This document shows positions 15,089 through 24,133 of a stretch of DNA of 31,402 nt, piece by piece. Every line of letters begins with the position of its first letter. The stretch's first letter is position 1. The notes beneath the pieces were generated by a model, which saw only the letters and a list, made by a program, of their open reading frames with translations, made no database searches and was not told the origin of the DNA. Made by a program: the position numbers and the translations under genes. Source of the DNA: an uncultured Actinomycetes bacterium (GTDB lineage Bacteria > Actinomycetota > Aquicultoria > CAJVYJ01); NCBI GenBank assembly GCA_913009475.1, contig CAJVYJ010000001.1:1-31402 (forward strand), written 5' to 3'.

Positions 15089-16759
15089 CTAAGCCGTCAC
15101 TCTAAGTACTTCTTCAAGGGAGGTCAGGCCCTTTAGAACTTTTTTCAATCCATCCCGACGTAAAGTGACCATGCCCTCTTCAATCGCCGTTTCCTTAATT
15201 TTATCGGACGTTACTCGCTTAACTGTTAGTTTCTCTATTTTATCGCTGACCACTAGAACTTCATATAAGCCAACCCGACCGTGATAGCCGGTATTATTAC
15301 ATTTGTTGCAGCCTTTGGCCCGATATAAAGTGGGAATGTCGCCGGTGATTTCCAGCCCCGCATCTTTTAACATTTGTTCAGAAGGCGCAAACGGCTCACG
15401 ACACTCAACGCATAGCCGGCGCGCCAGCCTTTGGGCCACCACACAATCAACGGCTGAAGCTATCAAAAAAGGCTCAATGCCCATCTCAATTAACCTGGTG
15501 AGAGAACTGGCCGAATCGTTGGTATGTAGGGTTGATAAGACAAGATGGCCGGTAAGAGCAGATTCCACAGCTATCAGAGCAGTTTCTTGATCGCGAATCT
15601 CACCGATCATAACTATGTCGGGGTCATGTCGCAGAATGGACCGGAGGGCCGCGCCAAATGTCATTTTAGCTCTGACGTTTACTTGTACTTGATTAACGCC
15701 CGCCAAGCGATATTCGACCGGGTCTTCGACCGTAATTAAATTTTTTTCTATTTTATTCAATAAGCTCAAAGCACCATATAGAGTAGTGGTCTTACCGCTG
15801 CCGGTGGGTCCGGTAATTAAAATAGCGCCGTAAGGCTTAGTAAAAGATGCTTTAAAACGTTTCAGGGGTTGGGGCAGAAAACCCATATCGTTCAAATCGA
15901 CTTGGAGCGAATCCTTCAATAACAGCCTAAGAACTATATCCTCTCCATAAATAGTCGGCAACGTCGCTACGCGAAAATCAACCTCCTTACCTGAATGATT
16001 AAGGTTAAAGCGACCGTCTTGAGGCACGCGACGCTCAGCAATGTCCATGCCCGACATTATTTTTATGCGTGAAGTCAAGCCGGCTTGAATTTTTTTGGGT
16101 GAGCGCATAATCTCGTGAAGTACGCCATCGATACGATAACGGATACGTACATCACGATCCTGCGGTTCGATGAAGATATCGCTGGCCCGGTCACGTACCG
16201 CTTCCACTAAAATCAGATTTACCAACTTAACCACCGGTGCTTCCTCGGAAGCATCCTCATCGCCTTTGTTGGAACTCTGGCCACTCTCCAAATCATCGGC
16301 AACATTTTCAGCCATCTCTTCAACTGATTCATCCATGCGTGAAAATTTATTAATAGCGGCGCTAATATCCGATTCGGTAGCTACAATCGGGTCTATCTCT
16401 CGCTTGGTCAACAGACGCAAGTCATCAATGGCAAAAATATTAGCCGGGTCGACCATGGCTACAACTAAGCGCTCATTATTAAAAGCAACAGGGATTAGGT
16501 CGTATTTGCGGCTGATCTCTTCGTCTATCAGAGTGACGGCACTGGGGTCGACCTCATAATTATCAAGATCGACAAATTTAAGTTTCATATAGTCGGCGAT
16601 AGCGGCGGCAATCTTTTTTTCGCTACTAAAGCCAAGTTCCGCGATAGTACGGGTGAGGCCTTTATTTTTTTTAGATTCTAAGGCAATGTCAAGCTGCTCC
16701 TGAGTTATTAGGTTAGAACCGATTAGAATTCTTTCGAGTCGCCGGCTTACTCTTACCAT
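15089..16759 (-). CDS. pilB: Type IV pilus extension ATPase PilB, paralogue 1
   Basis: ASDIFIEP, RVPQDGR, GPTGSGKTTT, TVEDPVE, VMIGEIRD, GHLVLSTLHTND, CVEC and CNKC. The start overlaps the 3' end of aroE by 47 nt. Confidence 0.95.
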   Translation of the reverse strand: MVRVSRRLERILIGSNLITQEQLDIALESKKNKGLTRTIAELGFSSEKKIAAAIADYMKLKFVDLDNYEVDPSAVTLIDEEISRKYDLIPVAFNNERLVVAMVDPANIFAIDDLRLLTKREIDPIVATESDISAAINKFSRMDESVEEMAENVADDLESGQSSNKGDEDASEEAPVVKLVNLILVEAVRDRASDIFIEPQDRDVRIRYRIDGVLHEIMRSPKKIQAGLTSRIKIMSGMDIAERRVPQDGRFNLNHSGKEVDFRVATLPTIYGEDIVLRLLLKDSLQVDLNDMGFLPQPLKRFKASFTKPYGAILITGPTGSGKTTTLYGALSLLNKIEKNLITVEDPVEYRLAGVNQVQVNVRAKMTFGAALRSILRHDPDIVMIGEIRDQETALIAVESALTGHLVLSTLHTNDSASSLTRLIEMGIEPFLIASAVDCVVAQRLARRLCVECREPFAPSEQMLKDAGLEITGDIPTLYRAKGCNKCNNTGYHGRVGLYEVLVVSDKIEKLTVKRVTSDKIKETAIEEGMVTLRRDGLKKVLKGLTSLEEVLRVTA

Positions 16760-17633
16760 TATTTTTTGCGCCTTTCAAATTTTGTTCAGCTTCAAGAGCA
16801 GCCGCCATAGTCGCAACTGGAGCGGATTGTCCGGTCCAGATTTGCCATGAGGCTACTCCCTGGTAGAGCAACATATAGGCGCCGTTTAATATTCTGGCGC
16901 CTCTTCTTTTGGCGCCGGCCAAAAACCGGGTTTCCGCCGGTTCATAAATTATGTCATACACTAAATGCTTACGCCCTATGTTCTCCATCCCTATGGGAAG
17001 ACCCGGATTAGATAACATTCCGACAGATGTCGCGTTAACTATCAAATGGTTCTCGCTTTGCAGGGATACTATATTTTCGTCATTTACAGCCAAAACCTTA
17101 ACTAAACAACGAGGAAAATTATCATGGATCAACCGTTGTAAACGCTGAGCGCGCTGAGGTGTTCTGTTGACGATAATGAGGCGTTTTATCCCAGCCATAG
17201 CCAACGAGACCGCAATAGACTTAGCGGCACCGCCGGCGCCAATCAATAGAACATTTTTGCCGCGCGGAGAGAACTGGGCCTGCTTCTTTAAACTCTCAAC
17301 AAAACCTTGCCCGTCAGTGTTATAACCCACCAAGCCGTCTTCTTTAAATAATATCGTATTAACAGCACCGGCTATTCTTGCCGCCGGCGATAGTTCGTCC
17401 AAATACTTTATCACCTCCTTCTTGTAAGGCATGGTGACGTTAATACCGACAAAATTTAACGCCTTTAAACCTTTAATGGCAAAACCAAGTTGTTCGGATT
17501 TAACTAATAACGGTAAGTAAGCCCAGTTTAAACCCGCTTTTTTAAAGGCGGCATTTTGAAATACAGGCGAAAGTGTATGCTTTATCGGATAGCCGATAAT
17601 CCCTGTTAATTTGGTTTTTCCATCAATTTTCAT
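16713..17633 (-). CDS. aroE: Shikimate dehydrogenase
   Basis: GYPIKHTLSP, GINVTMPYK, GAVNT, GYNTDG, IGAGGAA, NATSVG, DIIYEP and MLLYQG motifs. Confidence 0.96.
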   Translation of the reverse strand: MKIDGKTKLTGIIGYPIKHTLSPVFQNAAFKKAGLNWAYLPLLVKSEQLGFAIKGLKALNFVGINVTMPYKKEVIKYLDELSPAARIAGAVNTILFKEDGLVGYNTDGQGFVESLKKQAQFSPRGKNVLLIGAGGAAKSIAVSLAMAGIKRLIIVNRTPQRAQRLQRLIHDNFPRCLVKVLAVNDENIVSLQSENHLIVNATSVGMLSNPGLPIGMENIGRKHLVYDIIYEPAETRFLAGAKRRGARILNGAYMLLYQGVASWQIWTGQSAPVATMAAALEAEQNLKGAKNNGKSKPATRKNSNRF

Positions 17634-17703
17634 AATTTGTTCCTATTAATGAGATTTGTATACTCCTCTATACCCTCTTTGACAATGACCTTCCCTCGTT
17701 ATC

Positions 17704-17979
17704 CTAACATATATCAAAGCCCCGGTAATCGCGACTAAGCGCTGACCATCGCGTAGTTACTTCACTGACTTCAGCCGAGCGCGGCCCTAACCGCAGCAGG
17801 GAAATCAGCTGTTTCAGTTTTAACTCTTCGCCTTGCGCCAAAACCTCCACACTGCCGTCCGCCAGATTTTTAGCATAACCGGACAACCCTAATGAATTAG
17901 CCTGTTTGGCGGTAAAGTAACGGAAGCCCACTCCTTGCACACGCCCCTTTATCTTGGCTAAGACTTCTTTTTTTATCAT
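17704..17979 (-). CDS. acyP: Acylphosphatase
   Basis: GRVQGVGFRYF, GYAKNLADGSVEV and GPRSAEV motifs. Confidence 0.95.
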   Translation of the reverse strand: MIKKEVLAKIKGRVQGVGFRYFTAKQANSLGLSGYAKNLADGSVEVLAQGEELKLKQLISLLRLGPRSAEVSEVTTRWSALSRDYRGFDIC

Positions 17980-18488
17980 CGTTTTATAATCAATCTTTCC
18001 AGACGCCGTAATATTTTGGTATGAACCAGATCGACTTGGCTTACCGGGTTCACCAAAATCGTCTTTAAGCCCAAGCGATTAGCGCCGAAAACATCAGTAA
18101 ATATTTGATCACCGATAGCGACGGTCTGGCCCCGGCGAGCGCCCATTTTTGCCATCGCCCGCTTGTAAACCCAACCCATCGGCTTAGCAGCGCGACCGAA
18201 AACGGGAACGCCGGCATTGGCGCCAAAAGACCGCACTCTATGGCCCCAATTATTGGAGATGATAATAATTTTAAAACCATCATCTTTCAACTGCGAAAAA
18301 AGCACTTTTAATTCGTCGGAGACTTGGCCGTCGTCACGAGCCACCAGTGTATTATCCAAATCATATAAGAGAAACAATAAACCCGAATTTTTTAAAGCCT
18401 GATAGTCTATCTTAAATATTGAAGCGGCAAACCAAGTGGGAATAAATGGCTGACGAAGTTTTGCTTTTAATTTTTGCCAAAACATCAA
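17976..18488 (-). CDS. YqeG-family HAD IIIA phosphatase
   Basis: DLDNTL motif I, IISNN, AAKP and IGDQIFTDVFGANRLG motifs. Confidence 0.9.
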   Translation of the reverse strand: MMFWQKLKAKLRQPFIPTWFAASIFKIDYQALKNSGLLFLLYDLDNTLVARDDGQVSDELKVLFSQLKDDGFKIIIISNNWGHRVRSFGANAGVPVFGRAAKPMGWVYKRAMAKMGARRGQTVAIGDQIFTDVFGANRLGLKTILVNPVSQVDLVHTKILRRLERLIIKR

Positions 18489-19720
18489 TTCATATCCGTT
18501 TCTTTAATAGAAGTATTCGACCGGCGCAGAATGGACCCGGCCATTACCGGCTTATTAGTGATTATTTCAATCTTATCATTGGCATGGGCCTCAAGCACAT
18601 CCTCACCGCCTAAAATTATCGTCTCCAATTTAAATGACATAATATTACCATTAGGCATCAACGCCTCCAATTCGTCCCCTATCCTTAATCTATTCCTTAC
18701 TCCGACAAGCAACCGCCCTGAATTTAACCGGCACTCCTCAACCAGGCCAACAAAATCATAGCGCCGGATATAGGTTGAGTTTTCGTTGGCTTCCAGCTCA
18801 CTTTCACCATCTAAAAAGCCGGTAGAATAACGGCGATGGCTGACTTTTTCCAACTCATATAACCATTCTCTTTTAAACGAAAAATCTTTTCCAAGTTTGT
18901 AATAATTATCGACAATGGAACGATAAACCCTGACAACCGTAGCGACATAGTGCAAGCTTTTCATCCGACCTTCGATCTTAAATGAGCTGACACCGGCTTT
19001 AATCAAGTCTGGAATAAAAGCAGCCAACCGTAAATCTTTAGAGTTAAAGATATACGAGCCGCGCCTATCTTCAAAAACAGGAAGAAATTCGCCCGAGCGT
19101 TTTTCTTCCATTAAATGATATTTCCATCGGCATGAATGAGCGCAATCGCCAAGATTAGCATCTCGGCCGGCTAAATATTTGCTCAGGAAACAGCGTCCGG
19201 AATATGAAATACACATGGCCCCATGAACAAAGACTTCCGTTTCTAAGCCTGACCGGCCCGCAATCAAACTTATTTCGGGCAGAGACAACTCCCGTGCCAG
19301 AGTTACACGCTTGGCTCCTTGGTCACGCCAGAATTCCGCCGCGTAGCGATTGGTGGTATTTGCTTGAGTGCTAATGTGAACAGGTAGACGCGGCAGAATG
19401 TGACGGACCTGATAAAAAATCCCGGGGTCGCTGACAATAATAGCGTCCGCTTTGCTTTTTGCCACCACCCGCAATATTTCAGGCAAACTGTCAAAATCTT
19501 GATTATGGGCAAAAATATTTAAAGCGATATAGGCTTTAACCTCGTGACGATGAGCAAAAGTTACAGCCGCCGGCAGGTCGCCTAATTTAAAACTACCGGC
19601 GCTACCGCGTAAACTGTAACCATCTATACCGATATAAACAGCGTCAGCGCCGTACAGAATAGCGATTTTTAGTTTTTCTTGGTTACCGGCCGGTGCCAGC
19701 AGTTCGACCTTGTTAGCCAA
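18485..19720 (-). CDS. Peptidase U32 family protein (TrhP/YegQ-like, Fe-S-dependent tRNA hydroxylation family)
   Basis: ELLAPAG, GADAVY, HISTQAN, LARELS, the Cys cluster C-x6-C-x15-C-x3-C (CISYSGRC...CAHSC), KIEGRMKS and a C-terminal beta-barrel. Confidence 0.9.
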   Translation of the reverse strand: MANKVELLAPAGNQEKLKIAILYGADAVYIGIDGYSLRGSAGSFKLGDLPAAVTFAHRHEVKAYIALNIFAHNQDFDSLPEILRVVAKSKADAIIVSDPGIFYQVRHILPRLPVHISTQANTTNRYAAEFWRDQGAKRVTLARELSLPEISLIAGRSGLETEVFVHGAMCISYSGRCFLSKYLAGRDANLGDCAHSCRWKYHLMEEKRSGEFLPVFEDRRGSYIFNSKDLRLAAFIPDLIKAGVSSFKIEGRMKSLHYVATVVRVYRSIVDNYYKLGKDFSFKREWLYELEKVSHRRYSTGFLDGESELEANENSTYIRRYDFVGLVEECRLNSGRLLVGVRNRLRIGDELEALMPNGNIMSFKLETIILGGEDVLEAHANDKIEIITNKPVMAGSILRRSNTSIKETDMN

Positions 19721-19771
19721 CTTAATCTCCTTAGTGACATTTTACACTTTTTTTCATAGTAAGCTAAGATA

Positions 19772-22762
19772 TTAATTAAAGCTGAAGATACTGGTGGTAT
19801 TACCGCCTTGGTCATAGAAACCGAGTAATTCATCCAAGGCGTTCGGACCTGTATCACCACTGACATTGCCGTTTAGCACAGTCGTAGCCGACCAGTTCCA
19901 GTTACCCGGACCGGAGTCCCACCAAGTAGTGGGGGCGTTAAATTGGTTGGCGCCCGGGTTGGCGCTAAAGACAAAGATGCGGGTCTGGTTGCCGCCGTAA
20001 CCGTAGAGGGCGGCAATATCGCTGCCCGGATCGGTATCGAAATTACCGACGGAGAGCTTGGTGCCGGCCCAGTCCCAGTTACCGGGGCCGCTATCCCACC
20101 AAGTGGTAGGAGCATTAAAATTGTTTGAGGCTCCGGCTTTAAAGACAAAAGCGCGGGTCTGGCGCTGGACAAAGTAACCGTAGAAAGCTAGAAGGTCGTC
20201 TTTACCGTCGTTATTAAAGTCACCTGATGCCAGTTTAGTGCCGGCGGCGTCCCAATTACCGGGCCCGGAGTCCCACCAGACAGTGGGAGCGTTAAAACTA
20301 TTGGTGCCGTTGGAATCAAAAACAAAAGCGCGGGCTTGGCGCTGGGCAAAGTAACCGTAAAAGGCGGCCAAGTCATCGCTGCCGTCACCGTTATAGTCAC
20401 CGACTTGCAGCTTAGTACCGTCCCAATCCCAATTGCCAGGCCCGGAGTCCCACCAGACAGTGGGAGCGTTAAAAGTGTTTGAGGCCCCGGCTTTAAAAAC
20501 AAAGGCGCGGGTCTGCCGCTGGGCGGCGTAACCATAAAAAACCACTAAGTCGTCCTTACCGTCGTTGTTAAAGTCACCCGCGGCCAGCTTGGTACCGGCC
20601 CAGTCCCAGTTACCAGGCCCGGAGTCCCACCACATTTGGGGAGCGCCGTAATTGCCGTTACCGTCGTTAAGCCAGACCCAAGCCTTGACTTGGCGCGTAG
20701 CCGGATAGTTATAGAAAGAGACGATGTCTTGATAACCGTCGTGGTTAAAGTCACCGGCCGCCAGTTTATTGTTGGCGGCGTTCCAGCCGCCGAGGCCGGA
20801 AGACCAGGGCTGACTGGTAAAAAAAGCGGATCTGTTTAAAGTCCGATAAGCATTGATGCGGCCATACCCAAATTGATTATCACGGCCGACGGCTCCTTTA
20901 TCATCAGCGTTATTTTCTATAACCTGTTCAGCTTGTCCCGGAGTTAAAGCCGGCCTCTGTTCAATAAGCAGTGAGGCCAACCCGGCCGCCATTGGCGACG
21001 CCATCGAAGTCCCACTGAGAAAATCATAAGTTTGACTATAGCCCTGGCTGTTTAAGCCGACAGGATAAGTCGGCATAGTAGAATAGATATCTTGACCTGG
21101 AGCAGAGATATCGACACTGGCATTAATATTTGAAAAATCAGCTTTTTGGTCCTGGTTGGTGGTCGCCCCCACACCAATAACGTTATTATAAGCTGCCGGA
21201 TAGATTGTAGTACTATCGCCATTATTGCCCGCCGCCGCGAACATAATAACGTTTTTGCTGTTAGCGTAATTAATAGCATCTTGCTCAAGTGCTGACATAT
21301 TAGTCTCGCCAAAACTCATATTTATCACCTTAGCGCCATTGTCAACAGCATAATAGATAGCTTGAATAATATCCGAACTATTAAGAAAACCGCTGGAGTC
21401 ACCGACTTTAAGCGACATAATTTTAGCATTCCATGACACCCCGGTAATTCCCAGACCATTATTACCGGCAGCCGCGGCAATGCCGCTTACGTGAGTTCCA
21501 TGGCCGTAATCATCGCGCACATTGGCATTGGCGTTGGTGTGAAAATAAAGATCATCATTAGCATAGGCTTGCCAGTTCGCACCGTTAAAATCATATTCTT
21601 GGCCGTCTCGATAAGTGTTAGGCAAATAAGCGGTACTGAGATCTGAATTATCAAGTATCCAATAGTAATTATTAGTATTATTATTAGTTGTAGTGACCAC
21701 CAGATAATAAGTATCACCATCCGTTAAAGTGACCGATGAGGAAAGTTGTTTATAGATTTCCTCGGTATTGACTTTAACTTCTGATGGATAAATCGTAAAA
21801 GAGGCTAACGAGCTGCCGCTGATACTATTTCTGATCGAGACAACAATATCGCCGGTCGGATTGGAGTGCTTGGCCAGCAATATGCCAATATGGCTGAGCT
21901 CTCTCCCGGTCCCTTTTATGGACTGAGCAAAACCTTGAGTTGTGTTGTCGTATCCAAACGGCCAAGCGCTATTGGCATAAGACTGTGATATGCCGGCCCA
22001 GTTATAGCCGTTAACATCATCAATATAACCATTACCATCATCATCAAGGCCATTGTCGGGTATCTCACCGGTATTTTGCCATAGCCGGCCGGATAAATCA
22101 GGATGACTTTGGTCGATACCGGAATCGATTACAGCTATGGTCGTGCCGCTGCTCTCTATACTCCAGGCTTCCGGAGCGTCAATATCGGCGTCAGCAACGC
22201 CACTCACCCCTTTTATAGCCTGGCCGGTATTGTTAAGCCCCCATTGGTTGGTAAAATATGTATCGTTGGGAATATTAAGAAGCTTATACCGATAATTCGG
22301 TTCCGCCAAAAGAACATCACTCTGCGATCTTAAAACCTTAAGCGCTTTTTTAACGTCCATGCCACGTTTTAATTTTAACCGGAGAATCCGTCCCTTGTTA
22401 TTAGGGCCGATTTTCTGAGCCTCAGAGGATTTGCCCGCTAAGGCTGCTATTTTTGCCTGCTCCGCCCAGGTCGTCTGCGTCTTATATTTTACCAATACCT
22501 CACCAGGTACATAAGCATAAGAGGTTAGCGCCGGCTGACTTTTTTTCGGTGTGTTTATTGATTCTTGGTTAACTGATCCAAACGCAGCTACAACACCACC
22601 ACTATTTTGCACTAGCAATAAGACTAGGATAACCAGCGTCAATTTAGCATAATATCTATACTTTTTAACCAATAAATCGTGATATAAATTATAAATTCGC
22701 ATCCAATTCTTTCGCGTTAGACTTAGCGGAATATTCAGATAAAAATTAAGGGGTAAATTCAA
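19772..22762 (-). CDS. Secreted subtilase (S8) with prodomain, inserted domain and six FG-GAP/VCBS-like repeats
   Basis: Signal peptide, YVPGEVLVKYK...AEPNY prodomain, triad VIDSG / HGTHVSG / GTSMASP and oxyanion AAGN; GDFNxDG repeats at the C-terminus. The true start may be ATG 22702. Confidence 0.93.
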   Translation of the reverse strand: MNLPLNFYLNIPLSLTRKNWMRIYNLYHDLLVKKYRYYAKLTLVILVLLLVQNSGGVVAAFGSVNQESINTPKKSQPALTSYAYVPGEVLVKYKTQTTWAEQAKIAALAGKSSEAQKIGPNNKGRILRLKLKRGMDVKKALKVLRSQSDVLLAEPNYRYKLLNIPNDTYFTNQWGLNNTGQAIKGVSGVADADIDAPEAWSIESSGTTIAVIDSGIDQSHPDLSGRLWQNTGEIPDNGLDDDGNGYIDDVNGYNWAGISQSYANSAWPFGYDNTTQGFAQSIKGTGRELSHIGILLAKHSNPTGDIVVSIRNSISGSSLASFTIYPSEVKVNTEEIYKQLSSSVTLTDGDTYYLVVTTTNNNTNNYYWILDNSDLSTAYLPNTYRDGQEYDFNGANWQAYANDDLYFHTNANANVRDDYGHGTHVSGIAAAAGNNGLGITGVSWNAKIMSLKVGDSSGFLNSSDIIQAIYYAVDNGAKVINMSFGETNMSALEQDAINYANSKNVIMFAAAGNNGDSTTIYPAAYNNVIGVGATTNQDQKADFSNINASVDISAPGQDIYSTMPTYPVGLNSQGYSQTYDFLSGTSMASPMAAGLASLLIEQRPALTPGQAEQVIENNADDKGAVGRDNQFGYGRINAYRTLNRSAFFTSQPWSSGLGGWNAANNKLAAGDFNHDGYQDIVSFYNYPATRQVKAWVWLNDGNGNYGAPQMWWDSGPGNWDWAGTKLAAGDFNNDGKDDLVVFYGYAAQRQTRAFVFKAGASNTFNAPTVWWDSGPGNWDWDGTKLQVGDYNGDGSDDLAAFYGYFAQRQARAFVFDSNGTNSFNAPTVWWDSGPGNWDAAGTKLASGDFNNDGKDDLLAFYGYFVQRQTRAFVFKAGASNNFNAPTTWWDSGPGNWDWAGTKLSVGNFDTDPGSDIAALYGYGGNQTRIFVFSANPGANQFNAPTTWWDSGPGNWNWSATTVLNGNVSGDTGPNALDELLGFYDQGGNTTSIFSFN
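19775..20809 (-). repeat. Six intragenic tandem repeats, 177-bp (59-aa) period
   Basis: The WWDSGPGNW codons recur at 19919, 20096, 20273, 20450 and 20627, with a diverged PWSSG unit at 20804; every interval is 177 bp. Confidence 0.93.
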
Positions 22763-22840
22763 TTAATATAATATTTCCTTTTTACATAAATAGCAATTAG
22801 CGACCAGTCTACACCGATCTTGGAACGCGGGAATATAACT

Positions 22841-23929
22841 CTAATTTCCCGCTTGCCTCTTGGCTTTAAGAAAATCAGCATAGTTGCGGGTAAAGGTGTG
22901 ATGCCCGTCCGGAGAAGTCAATACATAATAAAGATAATCCACCGGCGCCGGGGCTAAAGCGGCTTTAATCGAATTAAGGCCCGGGTTGGCAATAGGTCCG
23001 GGCGGCAACCCCGGATTCAAATACGTATTATAGGGAGATGGAAACTTGGTATCCGCCAAAGTCAAGCGGTCTTTTCTTTCAGGCAAAACATACTGGATAG
23101 TAGCGTCAATTTGGAGCGGCATTCTCAGAGCCAAACGGTTGTAGATTACCGCCGCCATCAATGAGCGCTCCTCCGGCACCTTAGCCTCTTTCTCAATTAA
23201 GGACGCAATAGTAACAATATCTTTACGACTTAAACTTTTTTGTTCAGCCAACGACCAATCAAGATTTTCGGTTTCCAGTTGAAATTGATAGAGTAACCGA
23301 CTGATAATTTTTTTAGCGCCCATCGTCTTATCAAACTGATAGGTTTTAGGAAAGAGATAACCTTCTAAATTTTTCGCACCGGTCGGAATATATTTGAAAT
23401 CATATTTATAGATTTCCGGACCTGACGTTGCCGCCACAAACGATGCCTCCGAACGGCCGGTTTTCTCCGCCAATCTACGATTAATCTCTTTTAAGGTAAA
23501 ACCTTCGGGAATAACTACTTTTATCAGCTTTTTTTTAGGCCCGGCTGCCAGCTTTTTTGCGATTTCTTGATAACTCATATTCGAACTTAAGCGATATTTT
23601 CCAGGTAAAAAATGATTATCAATATTATTAAAGATAGCGTAAAGGCGAAAGGTATAAGCATTGCCGACAATACCGGCTTTGGCTAACTTATTTGCAATTT
23701 GTGACGAATTAAAACCGCGAGGAATAGTTATGCGCGCCGCTGTGACTTTAGAACGATTGGGACGATTTATAATGATAATGGCGATTGAGCCTATTATCGT
23801 CAACAATACTATCCACAAACTTACAATGCCGATAATATAATATCGCTTTCTGGAGCCGCTTTTTTTCTCAGAAATGTCTTGCGTGTTATTATTTAAATCT
23901 TTAAACTCGTGCTTACCGGTCAATAACAA
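22841..23929 (-). CDS. mltG: Endolytic transglycosylase MltG (YceG family)
   Basis: N-terminal TM, VVIPEG, LEGYLFPKTY, catalytic SLIEKEA, NRL-x-x-x-M-x-LQID, SPYNTY and GLPPGPIANPG motifs. Confidence 0.95.
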   Translation of the reverse strand: MLLTGKHEFKDLNNNTQDISEKKSGSRKRYYIIGIVSLWIVLLTIIGSIAIIIINRPNRSKVTAARITIPRGFNSSQIANKLAKAGIVGNAYTFRLYAIFNNIDNHFLPGKYRLSSNMSYQEIAKKLAAGPKKKLIKVVIPEGFTLKEINRRLAEKTGRSEASFVAATSGPEIYKYDFKYIPTGAKNLEGYLFPKTYQFDKTMGAKKIISRLLYQFQLETENLDWSLAEQKSLSRKDIVTIASLIEKEAKVPEERSLMAAVIYNRLALRMPLQIDATIQYVLPERKDRLTLADTKFPSPYNTYLNPGLPPGPIANPGLNSIKAALAPAPVDYLYYVLTSPDGHHTFTRNYADFLKAKRQAGN

Positions 23930-24022
23930 TACCCCTTCTCATTATAAAATAAAGTTACTTTAATGACCCTTCAATGGCTATTTTAACACTAAAATTTATC
24001 TTTTGCGTTGTTGCTTATTTCG

Positions 24023-24120
24023 GATTTTGGATTGTGAATCGCTAATTTATCGAACCTGCCTGACCAAAATTTTAACTTATCATTTTACGATTACCATTTC
24101 GCGATTCCAAACTTAAAATC
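24023..24120. repeat. Imperfect 20-bp inverted repeat in the ruvX-mltG spacer
   Basis: GATTTTGGATTGTGAATCGC (24023-24042) versus GCGATTCCAAACTTAAAATC (24101-24120): the outer 6 and inner 7 bp are complementary. Confidence 0.4.
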
Positions 24121-24133
24121 CCCTGGAGCCACC

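Noticed and set aside
19775-20809. Diversity-generating retroelement TR/VR pair
   Set aside because: The repeats are in-frame tandem protein repeats differing at all base types rather than only at adenines, and there is no reverse transcriptase in the window.
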